Assembly (NCBI GenBank): GCA_038896555.1
Contig: JAWACZ010000004.1
Location: 4,792-68,791 of the forward strand
Direction of reading: 5' to 3'
DNA: 64,000 bases
DNA from: Candidatus Caldarchaeum sp.
GTDB lineage: Archaea > Thermoproteota > Nitrososphaeria_A > Caldarchaeales > Caldarchaeaceae
Shown here: piece after piece, positions 8,681-18,834 of the stretch
Position numbering within the stretch: position 1 is the stretch's first letter
Layout of the letters: each line of letters begins with the position of its first letter
The notes under the pieces: generated by a model
What the model saw: only the letters and a program-made list of their open reading frames with translations
Told to the model about the DNA's origin: nothing
Database searches by the model: none
Position numbers and translations under genes: made by a program

Positions 8681-9768
8681 GTTTTTTCAGCTTTGGCTTT
8701 GTTTTCATGAGCCAGTATGCTTATGCGCGCAGCTATGTTTCTCGATATTTCGTGAAGGGCTTTGGAAGCCGGCGATTTAGGGTCCGCCACTACTATCGGA
8801 ATACCTCTGTCATAGTGTGTGGATACCTCTGGCAGAAGCGGTATGCGTCCAAGCATGGGTGAGTCCAGCTCACCAGCCATCTTCTCCGCCACGCTGTCCC
8901 CGAACAGGTTCGACTCAGACCCGCAGTTTGGGCAGACATAATAGCTCATGTTCTCCACAATTCCTATTATTGGTATGCCAAGCCTTCTAAACATTCTCAA
9001 GGCTTTTGCGGCGATGACGGCTGCGGCGGCCTGCGGCGTGGTCACTATGACGACGCCTGTGAGAGGAATGGTTTGCGCAAGAGTCAGGGAGGCGTCACCC
9101 GTCCCTGGCGGGAGATCTACAATAAGATAGTCAAGGTCGCCCCATGCTGCATCTGTGAGCAATTGTTTAACAGCGCTCGCCACCAACGGCCCCCTCCAGA
9201 TTACGGCGGTGTTCTCGTCCACGAACAACCCCAGCGACATGACTTTTATTCCAAGCATCATTCTCGCAGGCTCTAATTTGTTGTTTCCAACCATTCTAGG
9301 AGGTTGTATGATGTTGACGATTTTCGGTATCATCGGGCCGTAGATGTCTGCGTCCACTAGACCTACCCTTGCCCCGCTGAGTGCAAGGCTGCAGGCTAGG
9401 TTTATTGCGACGGTGGTCTTGCCGACCCCCCCCTTCCCGCTTGCTACCGCTATGATATTTTTGACCGATGAGAAATTATTCAGGGAGGGTCCTAAAGGTC
9501 TCGCCGACCAAACACGGGCGGTCGCCTTCATGTCTACTTCTTTAACCCCGGGGATTGACTCTACCGCTCTTCGTGCGTTTTCCTCTATGTCTTTGTTGAA
9601 AGGGCAGGCGGGCGTGGTAAGCTCTAAAGTAAACTGAACCTTTCCTTTTTCGATTTTCAAATCCTTTACCATGCCGAGGCTCACTATGTCGGTTTTCAAA
9701 TCTGGGTCTATGACGCGCCTTAGCGAGTCTATGACGGTTTTTTCATCCACCAAAAATTCTCCACTCAA
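8677..9768 (-). CDS. mrp: Mrp/NBP35 Fe-S carrier ATPase with N-terminal DUF59 domain
   Basis: VIDPDL..DIVSLG, GKGGVGKTT, DLPPGTGD, ENMSYYVCPNC. Confidence 0.92.
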   Translation of the reverse strand: MSGEFLVDEKTVIDSLRRVIDPDLKTDIVSLGMVKDLKIEKGKVQFTLELTTPACPFNKDIEENARRAVESIPGVKEVDMKATARVWSARPLGPSLNNFSSVKNIIAVASGKGGVGKTTVAINLACSLALSGARVGLVDADIYGPMIPKIVNIIQPPRMVGNNKLEPARMMLGIKVMSLGLFVDENTAVIWRGPLVASAVKQLLTDAAWGDLDYLIVDLPPGTGDASLTLAQTIPLTGVVIVTTPQAAAAVIAAKALRMFRRLGIPIIGIVENMSYYVCPNCGSESNLFGDSVAEKMAGELDSPMLGRIPLLPEVSTHYDRGIPIVVADPKSPASKALHEISRNIAARISILAHENKAKAEKT

Positions 9769-9807
9769 ATGGTTTCGTATTCGACGTTATTTATATCTTC
9801 CGCAGCA

Positions 9808-10290
9808 TCACATGTTGTTGACGGTTTTCCAGATCAGGTCGTCTACGTGGTGTAGGTTTTTTACCACACGGCCGTGGGTGGCCTCGGCTGCTTCAACGGA
9901 GCTTATCAAAGCCTGCCCTATTGCCAACGGCTTCGAATACATGTCGTCCCTAACCACGACCAAGCTGCCTTTCTCGAAGGCGTCCATGCATGTAATGCCT
10001 GGTCTCATTACGTCTGCTCCCGAAGCAATTTTCGGAACAGCTCCGCGGTCAACGTGGACGCATGGTAGCCTGTCTATTATGCGGGCGTTAGCCTCGGTAA
10101 GCGCTGGGAAAGTGTTTTCACCTATCATCACGAAGGAAAAGCCTGCCGTGAAGATGAGCTTTACTTTGCCCACCTCGACGGTAGTGACTCCTTGTTTCAG
10201 AATTTTTCTGATGTTCTCACCTTCGAGGAACGGGGCCAGCCGCATGGTCAGCTCAGCAACTTCTGCCGACGACAGGGTACGACGCCTCAA
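9808..10290 (-). CDS. PUA-domain RNA-binding protein (MCTS1/Tma20-like)
   Basis: VDRGAVPKIASGADVMRPGI, LHHVDD; start moved to TTG at 10290 because the longer ORF crosses tRNA-Leu. Confidence 0.8.
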   Translation of the reverse strand: MRRRTLSSAEVAELTMRLAPFLEGENIRKILKQGVTTVEVGKVKLIFTAGFSFVMIGENTFPALTEANARIIDRLPCVHVDRGAVPKIASGADVMRPGITCMDAFEKGSLVVVRDDMYSKPLAIGQALISSVEAAEATHGRVVKNLHHVDDLIWKTVNNM

Positions 10291-10367
10291 CGTGCGGAAC
10301 GCTTGAACCCAGCTTAAAAACCAGTCTGTAAAAATCAAAATACCGCGTGAAAGCCTCTTATGCCGAG

Positions 10368-10452
10368 GCGGGGGTTGCCAAGCCTGGTCAAAGGCGCAGG
10401 GCTTAGGACCCTGTCCCGAAGGGGTTCGTGGGTTCAAATCCCACCCCCCGCA
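10368..10452 (+). tRNA. tRNA-Leu(UAG)
   Basis: GCGGGGG/CCCCCGC acceptor, CAGGG-CT-TAG-GA-CCCTG, long variable arm. Confidence 0.95.
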
Positions 10453-10803
10453 CACGGTTAACAGCTGATTAACCATGAATTTTTCCATGAGAGACCTTGG
10501 TTATGCAGTCATATGGTCTAAGTCTCGACATCTTCACCGAATATGACTAAAAGGTCTCATCCTCGAAGACACGGTTACGCAGCGGATGTGAAGTTTGGGC
10601 TGGCGGCTGTCTTTTCAGAATCCTCTCCTAAACATCTGTATAACTAGAAGCTCGGTGACAACAGGCGGCAGAGAGTTGAACAGCTGGTTTATCATAGCCA
10701 TTTCCGGGGTTTTCTGTCTTCTATTTCGGAGCTCTGAAAAGAAACCCTCACAGCATGAACAGATGTCTCCAGAGTCTGTGGATTGGTCAGCTAGTGAAAG
10801 CCG

Positions 10804-11217
10804 CTACTTTAACGGAACGTACATGCTGCTTCTTGTTGCGCCTACTCCAGCCCTGCCGTGGATGACTCTCTTGTTTGTGATTACGTATTCACCAAGCCGG
10901 TGTCCAATCATCTCAGGAGTTATCTCTACTGGTTGGAACTCTTTGCCGTTGTGGACGTGAATCGTCAAACCAACCATTTCAGGCAGTATGAACATGTCTC
11001 TGCAGTGTGTTTTGACGGGTTTCTCAGGCTTCTGACCCATCTCCAAAAGCTTCCTGTATTTCCGTATTTTGAAGAGAAGCTTAGACTGCGCCGGGGTTAA
11101 ACCTTTCTTGTAGAGGCTGCGTCTAGCTCGGCTGGGCAGTAGCTTTATGAAAGAATCCATGCTCATCGCTTTTATCTGGTCGAGCGTGTACCCCCTGTAG
11201 GTAAACTCTCTCACCAT
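10804..11217 (-). CDS. rps19: 30S ribosomal protein uS19
   Basis: [31 protein letters not shown]. Confidence 0.95.
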   Translation of the reverse strand: MVREFTYRGYTLDQIKAMSMDSFIKLLPSRARRSLYKKGLTPAQSKLLFKIRKYRKLLEMGQKPEKPVKTHCRDMFILPEMVGLTIHVHNGKEFQPVEITPEMIGHRLGEYVITNKRVIHGRAGVGATRSSMYVPLK

Positions 11218-11251
11218 CTACGTGACGCCTACATCCAACCCATTAATAAGC

Positions 11252-11974
11252 CTACGTCCTTTTCTTTCTTCCAGCCCGCCTAGCTGCTACGAGCCCCACC
11301 TTCCTGCCCGGCGGCGTCGTTCGTTTGACTGTTTCGGGCCTGCCTATCCTTTTGTGGCTTCCTCCTCCGAACGGGTGTACGGCGGGAACCATCGCAACAC
11401 CCCTAGACTTCGGCCAGTAACGATGCCTGGCCCTCAACAAGTGGAACTTCGCTCCCGCTTTGAGGAAAGGCTTCTCACCCCTGCCACCGCCGGCCACAAC
11501 ACCGACCAACGCCAAAGCCTTCGCAGAGACTTCAACGTCTTTCTTAGACGGCAGCCGTAGTATGGTTTTGTCGCCAAGCTGGGCCATGACCACGGCGTAG
11601 GCACCAGAAGACCTTACCAGCTTCCCCCCGTCTCCGGGCAGCCTCTCAACAACCGAGACGGTAGAGCCTTCGGGAAGTTTTCCAACCGGAACGATGTTCC
11701 CCGTTGAGGGCTTCGCCGCTTCACCTAGCTCAACCACCTGACCCACGTACATACCTTCCACAGCTGGTACTGCGAACTCCATGCCGTCATGTGCTACGAG
11801 AGCCACCGGCGCACCTCTTCCAGGGTCGTGCACTATGTCACGGACAACCGCCGATCGAATCGTCCCCGCATTTATCAGCCCGCTGGGATAGCCTACCATG
11901 TATCTACGGTGTTTTGAGGCTATAAACCGCGGCGAACCCCTTCCGATTCGCTGAGCTCTTATGTTCCTACCCAA
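11252..11974 (-). CDS. rpl2: 50S ribosomal protein uL2
   Basis: HDPGRGAP, RGVAM...HPFGGG. Confidence 0.96.
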   Translation of the reverse strand: MGRNIRAQRIGRGSPRFIASKHRRYMVGYPSGLINAGTIRSAVVRDIVHDPGRGAPVALVAHDGMEFAVPAVEGMYVGQVVELGEAAKPSTGNIVPVGKLPEGSTVSVVERLPGDGGKLVRSSGAYAVVMAQLGDKTILRLPSKKDVEVSAKALALVGVVAGGGRGEKPFLKAGAKFHLLRARHRYWPKSRGVAMVPAVHPFGGGSHKRIGRPETVKRTTPPGRKVGLVAARRAGRKKRT

Positions 11975-11984
11975 TCTTCACACC

Positions 11985-12245
11985 CTAGAATATTCCAAGC
12001 TTGACAGCTAGGTCCGAGGCTTTATACTCTGGCTCGAGGCGGACGAAGGCTTTCTTTTCACCACGTGGCGTTATCAAAGTGTTCACTTTATCCACCTTAA
12101 CTTCATAGAGCTGTTCAACGGCATGTTTCACGGTTTTTTTGTCGGCTTTTATGTCCACTATAAAGACAAGCTTGTTCTCCTTTTCTATGAGCGATACGGC
12201 GTCCTGTGTTATGACAACTCTTTTGATAACGTCTTGGGGATTCAT
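11985..12245 (-). CDS. rpl23: 50S ribosomal protein uL23
   Basis: EKENKLVFIVD, KVNTLITPRGEKKAFVRL. Confidence 0.95.
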   Translation of the reverse strand: MNPQDVIKRVVITQDAVSLIEKENKLVFIVDIKADKKTVKHAVEQLYEVKVDKVNTLITPRGEKKAFVRLEPEYKASDLAVKLGIF

Positions 12246-13063
12246 TCAAACCTCCCTCTCAGCGCATCCAGCGAAGACCTAGTAAAGACTGCGAGCCTTC
12301 CGGGATGGCCTCCAGGGGCCAGGTCTAGAACACTCAAGTTTCTGGCCTCAACCACGTCCACGCCTGGAATATTCTCAGCCGCTTTAGACAGGCTGGACTT
12401 CTGCGAAACAACTATCAAAGGCCCCCTCGGTTTTTTATACCTGCGGCCACGCATCTTTCCTATTCCAGCCCTTATCTTCACTTTCATGCATCTCTTCAGC
12501 TCTATGTCAAGCTTGAGCTTGGAGAAAAACAACCTGACATCCCTGGTCTTGCTGAGTGATTCAAATTTATCCTCGACAACTATCGGTAGCTGAAGCCCTT
12601 CAGGTATCCTGTGCCCCCTCTTCCTCACCTGTTCGACACTGGATGTGAAAGCCAGTGCCGCAAGCAAAGCGTTTCTCAGCTCTTTTTTGTTGATTCTTTT
12701 GTGGATTTTCTTTTCAGGCACGGGTGGATGGGTGGGCCTGCCTCCTACGGCGGACGGCACCATCCCACCAGCTCCGTACTTGTGAGTCCCCCTCCCCTTA
12801 ACTCTCGAGATGCGGGCCATTCCAAACCCTGGACCCCACGACTCAACCGAGTGTTTGTGCCCTGAGAGCTTTGAGGCTCCCTTCGGCTGAAGCCGGTGGG
12901 TGGACAGGTGGAGAAAAGCCCTGTGGACAAGGTCTTCCCTCAGAGGGGCTGCAAAGAAGGGAGGCAGGGCTATTGAGCCTGTTGCATCTCCTTCTACGTT
13001 ATAGACTGGGGCTTGGACGGGCTGGGTTTTGAGCAGCTGCAAGGTTGCCGTGAAATCCACCAT
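12242..13063 (-). CDS. rpl4: 50S ribosomal protein uL4
   Basis: ESWGPGFGMARI, GKMRGRRY, LAPGGHPGRL. Confidence 0.95.
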   Translation of the reverse strand: MVDFTATLQLLKTQPVQAPVYNVEGDATGSIALPPFFAAPLREDLVHRAFLHLSTHRLQPKGASKLSGHKHSVESWGPGFGMARISRVKGRGTHKYGAGGMVPSAVGGRPTHPPVPEKKIHKRINKKELRNALLAALAFTSSVEQVRKRGHRIPEGLQLPIVVEDKFESLSKTRDVRLFFSKLKLDIELKRCMKVKIRAGIGKMRGRRYKKPRGPLIVVSQKSSLSKAAENIPGVDVVEARNLSVLDLAPGGHPGRLAVFTRSSLDALRGRFE

Positions 13064-13065
13064 CC

Positions 13066-14031
13066 CTACACCTCGAGAAGGGTTATCTGAGGAGGCTCAA
13101 GCGGCTTTGGCGGCCTAGCTGGTGTTCTAATGAATAACGGTCTTAGAGGAGTTCCAGGAAACGAGCCCTCAATAACTGCATAGTCTGTCTTAACCAGCCC
13201 AAACCTGTGCCATCCAGACTTTGGGTTGATTGCGCTGGTATCCGACGAGATCTTCAGAATCCTTTTATTGTATTCTGTCCGTCTGTGAAAACCCATCTGC
13301 CCAGAGCGGGGCACTGTATACATGACATAGTGAGGGTTCCAAGGCCCTATGGCGGCCACGCCACGCCTTGTTTTCCGAGACTTTCTCTGAAGAATTGAGA
13401 CGCCGTATCTTTTTACCACACCTTGAAATCCCTTACCCTTCGACACACCCAGCACATCAACATACTCTCCTTCCTTGAAAACGTCGGATATTTTAAGCTC
13501 CTTACCCAATAGCTCCAGCCCCTTTTTCAACGCTTCGCCAGGCTCACCTCCTATCTTTATCTCAGCGATGTGAGGTCTTTTCCCAGCGTTTGCGAGACGG
13601 GGTTGAGATGCAACTATGAGCCTTACTTCGGAAAACTTTCCTTCGAGATCCTGCAGCTTCTCAGGCCCGGGCGAGGGGGTGAATGTCTTGTTTCTTCGAA
13701 GTATGGCGTCGCCGGCTTCCTTGCTCCATATCCTACCGACTTCGACAAGCTTGCCGTCGAACACATCATAGAAAGCTAGGCCGACCACTTTTAGAGGGGG
13801 AGCCGCCACGACCGTGCAAGCTGCGGTTATTTCGCTGCCCTGAGTAGGCGACCCCGGCCTGTTGTCCACGTAGTGAACGGATGTCATGCCAACCTTGTAA
13901 ACTATGAACCCGAGGGGCCCTTGCCGGCCATCAGGCCAGTGCTTCACCCTTGGAAGGATGCCTCTAGCCCTACCTCTAGGTAGATAGGCTAGAGACCCGT
14001 GCCTTGGCCTTGAATATTTCCTGCGACCCAA
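13066..14031 (-). CDS. rpl3: 50S ribosomal protein uL3
   Basis: PRHGSLAYLPR, KGKGFQGVVKR, GQMGFHRRTEYNK. Confidence 0.96.
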   Translation of the reverse strand: MGRRKYSRPRHGSLAYLPRGRARGILPRVKHWPDGRQGPLGFIVYKVGMTSVHYVDNRPGSPTQGSEITAACTVVAAPPLKVVGLAFYDVFDGKLVEVGRIWSKEAGDAILRRNKTFTPSPGPEKLQDLEGKFSEVRLIVASQPRLANAGKRPHIAEIKIGGEPGEALKKGLELLGKELKISDVFKEGEYVDVLGVSKGKGFQGVVKRYGVSILQRKSRKTRRGVAAIGPWNPHYVMYTVPRSGQMGFHRRTEYNKRILKISSDTSAINPKSGWHRFGLVKTDYAVIEGSFPGTPLRPLFIRTPARPPKPLEPPQITLLEV

Positions 14032-14128
14032 TTTGAACTACCTGTCATCCGTGCAGGCATGCATGATAAAAACCTTAGCAGCAAGCCCTCCGGCTAAACC
14101 TTAATTCCAACCGTGAGTACTGCCAGAC

Positions 14129-14602
14129 ATGCCGGACGCGATCACAGACGAGATAATCCGGTTGATAGAATCTGAGGGCGTTGTAGGGTTGGCTACTCAC
14201 AGGCACTATCCTAGGGAGAAGATAATCTACACAAGGTTCGGCAGATGCGGTTTCGCCATAGACGTTGTAAAGATCGAGAATGGGCTGAGACGCACCTACT
14301 CCGTCCTCGTTGAAGCCGAGGCCCAAGCTCCTGGCGACTTTGTTGAAGACTTTCTCAGCCTACCGGGAAGGGTTCGCTACATTCTGTCGGTTGGGGAGAG
14401 CGGCGGCAAAACGTTGAAGGTTAAAAACGACACCTATAGAGATGCGTCAGACTTGTTTGAGAGCGTTGAGAGGGTTAGGCGGGTCTTCTACCGCGTCTAC
14501 CACGGCCTTAAGCAAAAACACAGGGAGGAGGTTGCAAGGATCGGTGAGGAAGTATTCCATGCAGTCGGGTTGACTGCCGACGAGCTCCACTTAGGCGTTT
14601 AA
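14129..14602 (+). CDS. Hypothetical protein
   Basis: 157 aa ORF divergent from rpl3; no recognised motif. Confidence 0.65.
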   Translation: MPDAITDEIIRLIESEGVVGLATHRHYPREKIIYTRFGRCGFAIDVVKIENGLRRTYSVLVEAEAQAPGDFVEDFLSLPGRVRYILSVGESGGKTLKVKNDTYRDASDLFESVERVRRVFYRVYHGLKQKHREEVARIGEEVFHAVGLTADELHLGV

Positions 14603-14616
14603 GCCGACAAGCCGTT

Positions 14617-14781
14617 TTACCCGTCTTTCTTCTTAACAGCAGGTATACGATAGACCTTAACCTCGTCCGGTGTCTGAACAAAGACGTCACCGCATTTAAC
14701 GCATCTAAAATATTTGTTGACGCCTTGCTCGGCTTTCTGCTCACCTATGAACTCTAACGCATGGCTGCACTCTTCCGCCAC
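14617..14781 (-). CDS. Small zinc-ribbon protein (54 aa, not in ORF track)
   Basis: GTG start; MAEECSHALEFIGEQKAEQGVNKYFRCVKCGDVFVQTPDEVKVYRIPAVKKKDG; CxH...CxxC. Confidence 0.65.
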   Translation of the reverse strand: MAEECSHALEFIGEQKAEQGVNKYFRCVKCGDVFVQTPDEVKVYRIPAVKKKDG

Positions 14782-14923
14782 AAAGCAGGAAGTTGGTCGC
14801 GGCTTTAAAGCCTTTAGGAGAGAAACGGCTATAAAAACGGCTTACCCGTCTTTCAGCGAAGTGTTAAAGTATTCTCTAGTCGTTGGCCGTGAGACGCCTT
14901 CGCCCAAAACGTTCAGGCATGAT

Positions 14924-16096
14924 GTGTGCGAGGTTTTTGATTTAGACAGGGGGTTGAAGGCTAAACTCTACATCTCCGGCGAGGCCTACGAGTCCGATAA
15001 TTTTTACGAGGGGTTTGTGGGGGGTGGGGCTGTTGTCCAGCTTATCTCTCCCAACGCCAGTCAAACAGCCCAGCTCATGTGCCACGCCCACGATTTGACC
15101 GAGACTTTGAAGCAGGTGAATGGTTTTTTCGCGGGCATCGTGTTGGGAGAACATGTCATGGTTTTCAGAGACCATGTGGGCTTGGCTCCCGTCTACGTCG
15201 TGGGTAACGAGGTGAAAATTGTCACAAACCTGCCGGCTGAGGCCGCTGAATGGGCGGCCGACCCGAAACCAGTAAAACCCGCCACAGCAACGGACATAAT
15301 CGCCGGCAGGTCCTACAGCTTCTGGCAGCCCTCCGAAACCGAAAACGCTTCCGAAGGCCTTCTGGAACGTTTAACAATCAGTGTGAAAAATTTGTGTCCT
15401 AAAAATCCAGCCGTTTTCTTTTCAGGCGGCGTGGACAGCCTTGTTCTCGCAAAACTGCTCAGCCACCTTGGTTATAACCCGGTCTTGCTTACTCTGGGCG
15501 TTGAAGGCAGCCGTGACTTTGAGCGCAGCGAAAGGGCGGCAAAAACCCTAGGTCTTAACGTCGCTAGAGTTGACGTGGACAGAGATATGGTCGGAAACGT
15601 GTTGGAAAAGCTGAAGAGTTTGTTGGGGGAGATGTCGGTCATGGATGCTTCGATCGCCGCAGCGATGTACATACTGGCCGCGGAGGCGGTGGAGATGGGT
15701 TGTTCAGCTGCTGTTTCAGGGCAGGGCGCTGACGAGCTGTTTGCAGGCTATAGGAGATACGAAACCGTTCTCGCTGCAGAGGGATATAAGGGGTTGGATG
15801 AGGTTCTTAGAAGAGATTTTCTTAAGCTGCATGAATTCGGTCTGCCGAGGGATTTTTTAGCGGCCCGAGCCGGCGGAACATATATCATAACACCCTATCT
15901 AGCGAGAGAGGTCGTTGAAGCCGCTGCTTCCATACCATCCTCTAAAAAAATCTCTGTCGAGGAAGGTAGAGTAGTTAGAAAGCAGGTCTTGAGAGAGGTA
16001 TGCAGGCAGCTCGGGCTGGGAGAACTAGCCGACGTAGAGAAAAAAGCGCTCCAGTACAGCACAGGTTTGCAGAAGATTGTGAGGAAGATGGTTTGA
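14924..16096 (+). CDS. Asparagine synthetase B-like protein with shortened amidotransferase domain
   Basis: RDHVGLAPVY, FSGGVDS, SGQGADELFAGY; start placed at GTG-TGC (Met-Cys). Confidence 0.8.
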   Translation: MCEVFDLDRGLKAKLYISGEAYESDNFYEGFVGGGAVVQLISPNASQTAQLMCHAHDLTETLKQVNGFFAGIVLGEHVMVFRDHVGLAPVYVVGNEVKIVTNLPAEAAEWAADPKPVKPATATDIIAGRSYSFWQPSETENASEGLLERLTISVKNLCPKNPAVFFSGGVDSLVLAKLLSHLGYNPVLLTLGVEGSRDFERSERAAKTLGLNVARVDVDRDMVGNVLEKLKSLLGEMSVMDASIAAAMYILAAEAVEMGCSAAVSGQGADELFAGYRRYETVLAAEGYKGLDEVLRRDFLKLHEFGLPRDFLAARAGGTYIITPYLAREVVEAAASIPSSKKISVEEGRVVRKQVLREVCRQLGLGELADVEKKALQYSTGLQKIVRKMV

Positions 16097-16587
16097 AGCC
16101 TCTAGAATCGGCGCTCATGATGCTCAAACGCATTTCGCGTACGGGATGGGTTGAGCTAGGTGTGAGACGGCCAGAAAACGTGGCCAGCCATTGCCTCAGC
16201 CTTGCCGTGTTGGTGATGGTTGAGGCTGAGAGAAGGGGTTTGGATTGTTTGAAGGCTGTCAAAATGGCGTTGCTGCACGATATTCCTGAAAGCTATACGG
16301 GCGATTTGACACCCAAGATTAAGAGAAAGATCCCTAGGAAACTTCTGGAGAATGTTGAGTTATCGGTGATGAAGCAGCTTTTCATGAACGTTGGCGTCAA
16401 ACAGGAGGAAGACCTTATAAACCTCTACAGCGAATATTTGAAAGGTGTCTCGCCCGAGGCTAAGCTTGTCCACAGGCTTGATAGGGTTGAGATGGTGTTG
16501 GAGGCTTCATGGCTTGCATCTGACAAGGATGTTGACATACGCAAGCTCGAGCGGCATGGATTTATCCCACGCCATCGTAGAGGGTGA
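16093..16587 (+). CDS. HD-domain phosphohydrolase (YfbR/HDDC2-like)
   Basis: LKRISRTGW, ENVASH, LLHDIPESYTGD; TTG start overlapping the upstream stop. Confidence 0.85.
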   Translation: MKPLESALMMLKRISRTGWVELGVRRPENVASHCLSLAVLVMVEAERRGLDCLKAVKMALLHDIPESYTGDLTPKIKRKIPRKLLENVELSVMKQLFMNVGVKQEEDLINLYSEYLKGVSPEAKLVHRLDRVEMVLEASWLASDKDVDIRKLERHGFIPRHRRG

Positions 16588-17663
16588 AGGGGTTGGCTGA
16601 AGACCTGTACGTAGAAGCATTGCTGTCCGGTTTCCCTTTCCTCAAGGTAGTAAGGGAATATGTTGCTCAGAAGAAACTACGTCTGGAAGATTTTGAGCAT
16701 GCTGAAAACCTCGTTAAGACGGCCGTAAAAAAAGTTGAGGAGGCTCTTGCACCATGGCCTTCAAGACAAGGCGTGGAAGTTTTGACGAGCGAGGTTGAGA
16801 TAATCTCGCATCCTCTGGCGATGGCTTTGGTAGCCATGCTCGACAGCCCTTTTGCGAAAAGAAGGTTCGCAGCATACGAGGCGGAACGGTATGCCAACCT
16901 GCTGAAAAACATCGAAGAAGGACAAAAACAGGCTCTACACTACATCATAGCCAACGTACTGGGGATGCGGGTCAGAGTCCACAACCCACCCAACGAGTTC
17001 TGGATACATTTCGCTGACTACCTCAAGATCGCCGTCAACCTTAACGAACCACGGTTCAAACTCGTCAACAGATTGCTGGATAAGGGATTTGTAGCTGTGA
17101 CTAGGAACGAGGCTATTACGCTGGTTAAGAACGGTCTTGAAAGGCTCATCCACCAAAGGCTGGAAACGATGGGCAGGATAGAGCCACCGTCCTTCCTGTT
17201 GGAGCATGTAAAGCATTTGAAGAAAATTTTGGAGACTGTTAGTCAGAAAGACCATTTTGAGTCTGTGAGGCTCGACCCGAGCATGTGGCCTCCATGCATG
17301 ACTGCTTTGAGGAACCGTCTGTTGGCGGGAGAGCCCGTCAGCCACTTCGGAAACTTCGCCATCGCCTCATTTATGCTGAGAATAGGGATAGGCGTCGACG
17401 AAGTCATAGCTGTCTATTCTCAAAGAGGTGACTTTGACCCACGCATAGCACGATATCAAGTGGAGCATATAGCAGGGTTGAAGGGGAGCAGGACCAAGTA
17501 CTCGGCCCCAAGCTGCACAACCATGCAAGCACACGGTCTCTGCATAGAAGAAGGAAGGTTCTGCGGAGGAGTCAAAAGCCCGATGCAGTTTTATAGGAGA
17601 AGAGCAAAAGCCGTGAAGGGCCCAGAAGGTGAAAGAGATAAGCCTAAAGAAAACAGTAGTTAA
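16584..17663 (+). CDS. priL: DNA primase large subunit
   Basis: WPPCM, YQVEHIAG, YSAPSC..M...GLC Fe-S motifs. Confidence 0.92.
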   Translation: MKGLAEDLYVEALLSGFPFLKVVREYVAQKKLRLEDFEHAENLVKTAVKKVEEALAPWPSRQGVEVLTSEVEIISHPLAMALVAMLDSPFAKRRFAAYEAERYANLLKNIEEGQKQALHYIIANVLGMRVRVHNPPNEFWIHFADYLKIAVNLNEPRFKLVNRLLDKGFVAVTRNEAITLVKNGLERLIHQRLETMGRIEPPSFLLEHVKHLKKILETVSQKDHFESVRLDPSMWPPCMTALRNRLLAGEPVSHFGNFAIASFMLRIGIGVDEVIAVYSQRGDFDPRIARYQVEHIAGLKGSRTKYSAPSCTTMQAHGLCIEEGRFCGGVKSPMQFYRRRAKAVKGPEGERDKPKENSS

Positions 17664-18834
17664 AAACATAGCGCTTCTCACATCCTGTCAAGCATTGAAC
17701 ACTATCGTCGTCCAGTTTTTCATTGTATTCGCTCCAGTGGCGATTCTTCTGCTCGGCGGCTCCGAAGCCCTCGCAGGCCTCGGCTCAGCATTCATATGGG
17801 GAGGACGTCTGGTAAGCACCTACCAAATCGGGGTTCTGATGGACAGGTTTGGAAGAAGGCCGGTAATAGCGGGCGGTATGACGTTAGGCGCTGCAGCATC
17901 CTTGCTTGCCGCTATTTCTGTGAACAGGAACAACCTACTGATGTTTCTGCTAACGCTTCTTCTCTACGGAGTAGGACGCGGCATGGTTGAGTTTTCCCGC
18001 GTAGCCGTCGCAGACATGCTTCCATCCAGCAGGAGAGGCTTGGGGACAGGCGTCATACTAACGGGCAGTATAGCGGGAACATTGGCCGCTCCGCTGCTCA
18101 TCTACCACGTAACGCATCAGCCCAACTCAACACAGTCCTCAGACATAATTACTTCCTTGCATTATGCTGGGTTTCTGTCCGTGACGGGTTTGATGCTGTC
18201 CTTGATGGTTTGGCCAGACCCGTTAAAAATGGCGGGCGGGAGCAACAACGCAAGATGGAGAGGATGGGATTTGGGTGGGAAACTTCGTCATAAAGGTGTT
18301 TCAGCCGCTGTTCTTTCCATGGCTGCGGCAACAGGCGTTATGGTGGCTGTCATGTCGCTTAACACCGTCATAATGTACGGACATCACTACAGCGCAGTAG
18401 ACATATCCACGGTAGTAATGATACACGTCATAGGAATGTACGCGTTCTCCATACCTCTTGGAAGGCTTTCAGACAAGTTTGGCAGGCCAGCCGTCATGCT
18501 GACAGGTCTCGCGGTAACTCTATCAGGAGTCATCATGCTCCCGCTCTCAAACGACATGAACGTCATCACATTGGCTTTGTTCCTTGTAGGCCTAGGCTGG
18601 AACGCCGTCTGGGTTGCCTCATCCGCTTACATAGCTGACTTGACTGTGGTTGAGGAGAGGGGTGGCGTGATGGGTGTTGCCGACGCCGTGGCTGCAGGCT
18701 CGTCGATAATCATGCCCATGCTAGGGGGCTTGGCTCTTGAGGCCGGGGGCGCAGGCTTGCTGGCTGCGACGGCCGTGGCCGCCTCTCTGCCTTCTATAGC
18801 AGCGTGCACAAGGGTTCTGAGGTTTAAACCCTGA
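17629..18834 (+). CDS. MFS transporter
   Basis: Multi-TM; G.LMDRFGRR and GRLSDKFGR motif A. Confidence 0.9.
   Translation: MKEISLKKTVVKNIALLTSCQALNTIVVQFFIVFAPVAILLLGGSEALAGLGSAFIWGGRLVSTYQIGVLMDRFGRRPVIAGGMTLGAAASLLAAISVNRNNLLMFLLTLLLYGVGRGMVEFSRVAVADMLPSSRRGLGTGVILTGSIAGTLAAPLLIYHVTHQPNSTQSSDIITSLHYAGFLSVTGLMLSLMVWPDPLKMAGGSNNARWRGWDLGGKLRHKGVSAAVLSMAAATGVMVAVMSLNTVIMYGHHYSAVDISTVVMIHVIGMYAFSIPLGRLSDKFGRPAVMLTGLAVTLSGVIMLPLSNDMNVITLALFLVGLGWNAVWVASSAYIADLTVVEERGGVMGVADAVAAGSSIIMPMLGGLALEAGGAGLLAATAVAASLPSIAACTRVLRFKP

Noticed and set aside
10291..10488. N-terminal extension of the PUA ORF
   Set aside because: Antisense to tRNA-Leu (GWDLNPR is typical tRNA antisense translation)
10455..10800. 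Gap after rps19: 121-aa plus ORF, or a short minus ORF (MAMINQLFNSLPP...) in frame behind the rps19 TAG
   Set aside because: No recognisable motif and no evidence for readthrough; faint likeness to the 39345 protein is too weak
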